The notes below the pieces were generated by a model. It saw only the letters and a program-made list of their open reading frames with translations. It was not told the DNA's origin and made no database searches. DNA of 35,015 nt from an uncultured Leptospirales bacterium. Its GTDB lineage: Bacteria; Spirochaetota; UBA4802; JAFGDQ01. Each line of letters opens with the position of its first letter. Within the stretch, counting starts at the first letter, position 1. Position numbers and translations under genes: made by a program. Location of the stretch: assembly GCA_964631555.1 (NCBI GenBank), contig CAZVYR010000004.1, positions 1-35,015 on the forward strand, in the 5' to 3' direction. Shown here piece after piece: positions 34,739-35,015 of the stretch.

Positions 34739-35015
34739 ATGAATAAAGATGGTAAAAAAGCTGTGGTTCTGCTAAGCGGGGGCATTGATTCCGCGACAAC
34801 AGCAGCTTACGCGATAAATGAAGGATTTGATGTCAGTGCTCTTACATTTTCATATGGACAAAGGCATAATGTTGAAATTAAATTTGCGCAGAGTTTAAGT
34901 GAATATTTTAAAATAAATTCTCAGATTATTATTGAGATACCGGCAGGAATCTTTTCTTCTTCTGCTTTATCCTGTGAGTCGGGACTCAGTATTCCGAAGA
35001 ATCGTGATATCTCAT
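34739..35015 (+). CDS. queC: 7-cyano-7-deazaguanine synthase, N-terminal part (runs off the right edge)
   Basis: Not in the ORF track because it is truncated. My translation is [51 protein letters not shown]..., with the PP-loop SGGxDS and the F-x-YGQRH motif typical of QueC. Confidence 0.88.
   Translation, partial: MNKDGKKAVVLLSGGIDSATTAAYAINEGFDVSALTFSYGQRHNVEIKFAQSLSEYFKINSQIIIEIPAGIFSSSALSCESGLSIPKNRDIS

Overview
AT-rich, compositionally heterogeneous chromosomal segment from a diderm bacterium. I support about 34 protein-coding genes. I found no rRNA, tRNA, CRISPR array, transposase or integrase. Gene order, left to right: DUF169 protein (partial, minus strand, absent from the ORF track); GNAT acetyltransferase; ABC ATPase with no adjacent permease; a GntR(HutC)/corrinoid-protein operon divergent from a URO-D-family methyltransferase, followed by a TRAP transporter (DctPQM type); a CPA2 antiporter with a CBS pair, translationally coupled to an HTH-EIIA fusion; a processive GT2 glycosyltransferase plus a PEGA-domain membrane protein; a short GC-rich island carrying one small foreign-looking gene; a membrane-anchored AraC regulator, TolC-like protein and RND pump with no adaptor gene; YibE/F protein; 2x[4Fe-4S] ferredoxin; unknown exported protein-trpC-trpF; VOC-eda; two unknown genes; mreB-mreC-mreD-mrdA-rodA; unknown membrane protein; queC (partial). 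I see no recognisable defence or mobile system. The most interesting items are: (1) a B12/corrinoid methyltransferase module with its own regulator and an adjacent TRAP importer whose binding protein has Lys where the canonical carboxylate-clamp Arg sits; (2) a dispersed family of GC-rich repeats with 11-bp periodicity, including a 10-unit array after trpF; (3) two perfect long palindromes (28 bp and 26 bp) in divergent promoter regions; (4) a roughly 60% G+C island with CGC-biased codon usage in an otherwise AT-rich context; (5) a TolC-RND pair lacking a periplasmic adaptor. All functional assignments rest on motif recognition by eye and need HMM/BLAST confirmation.
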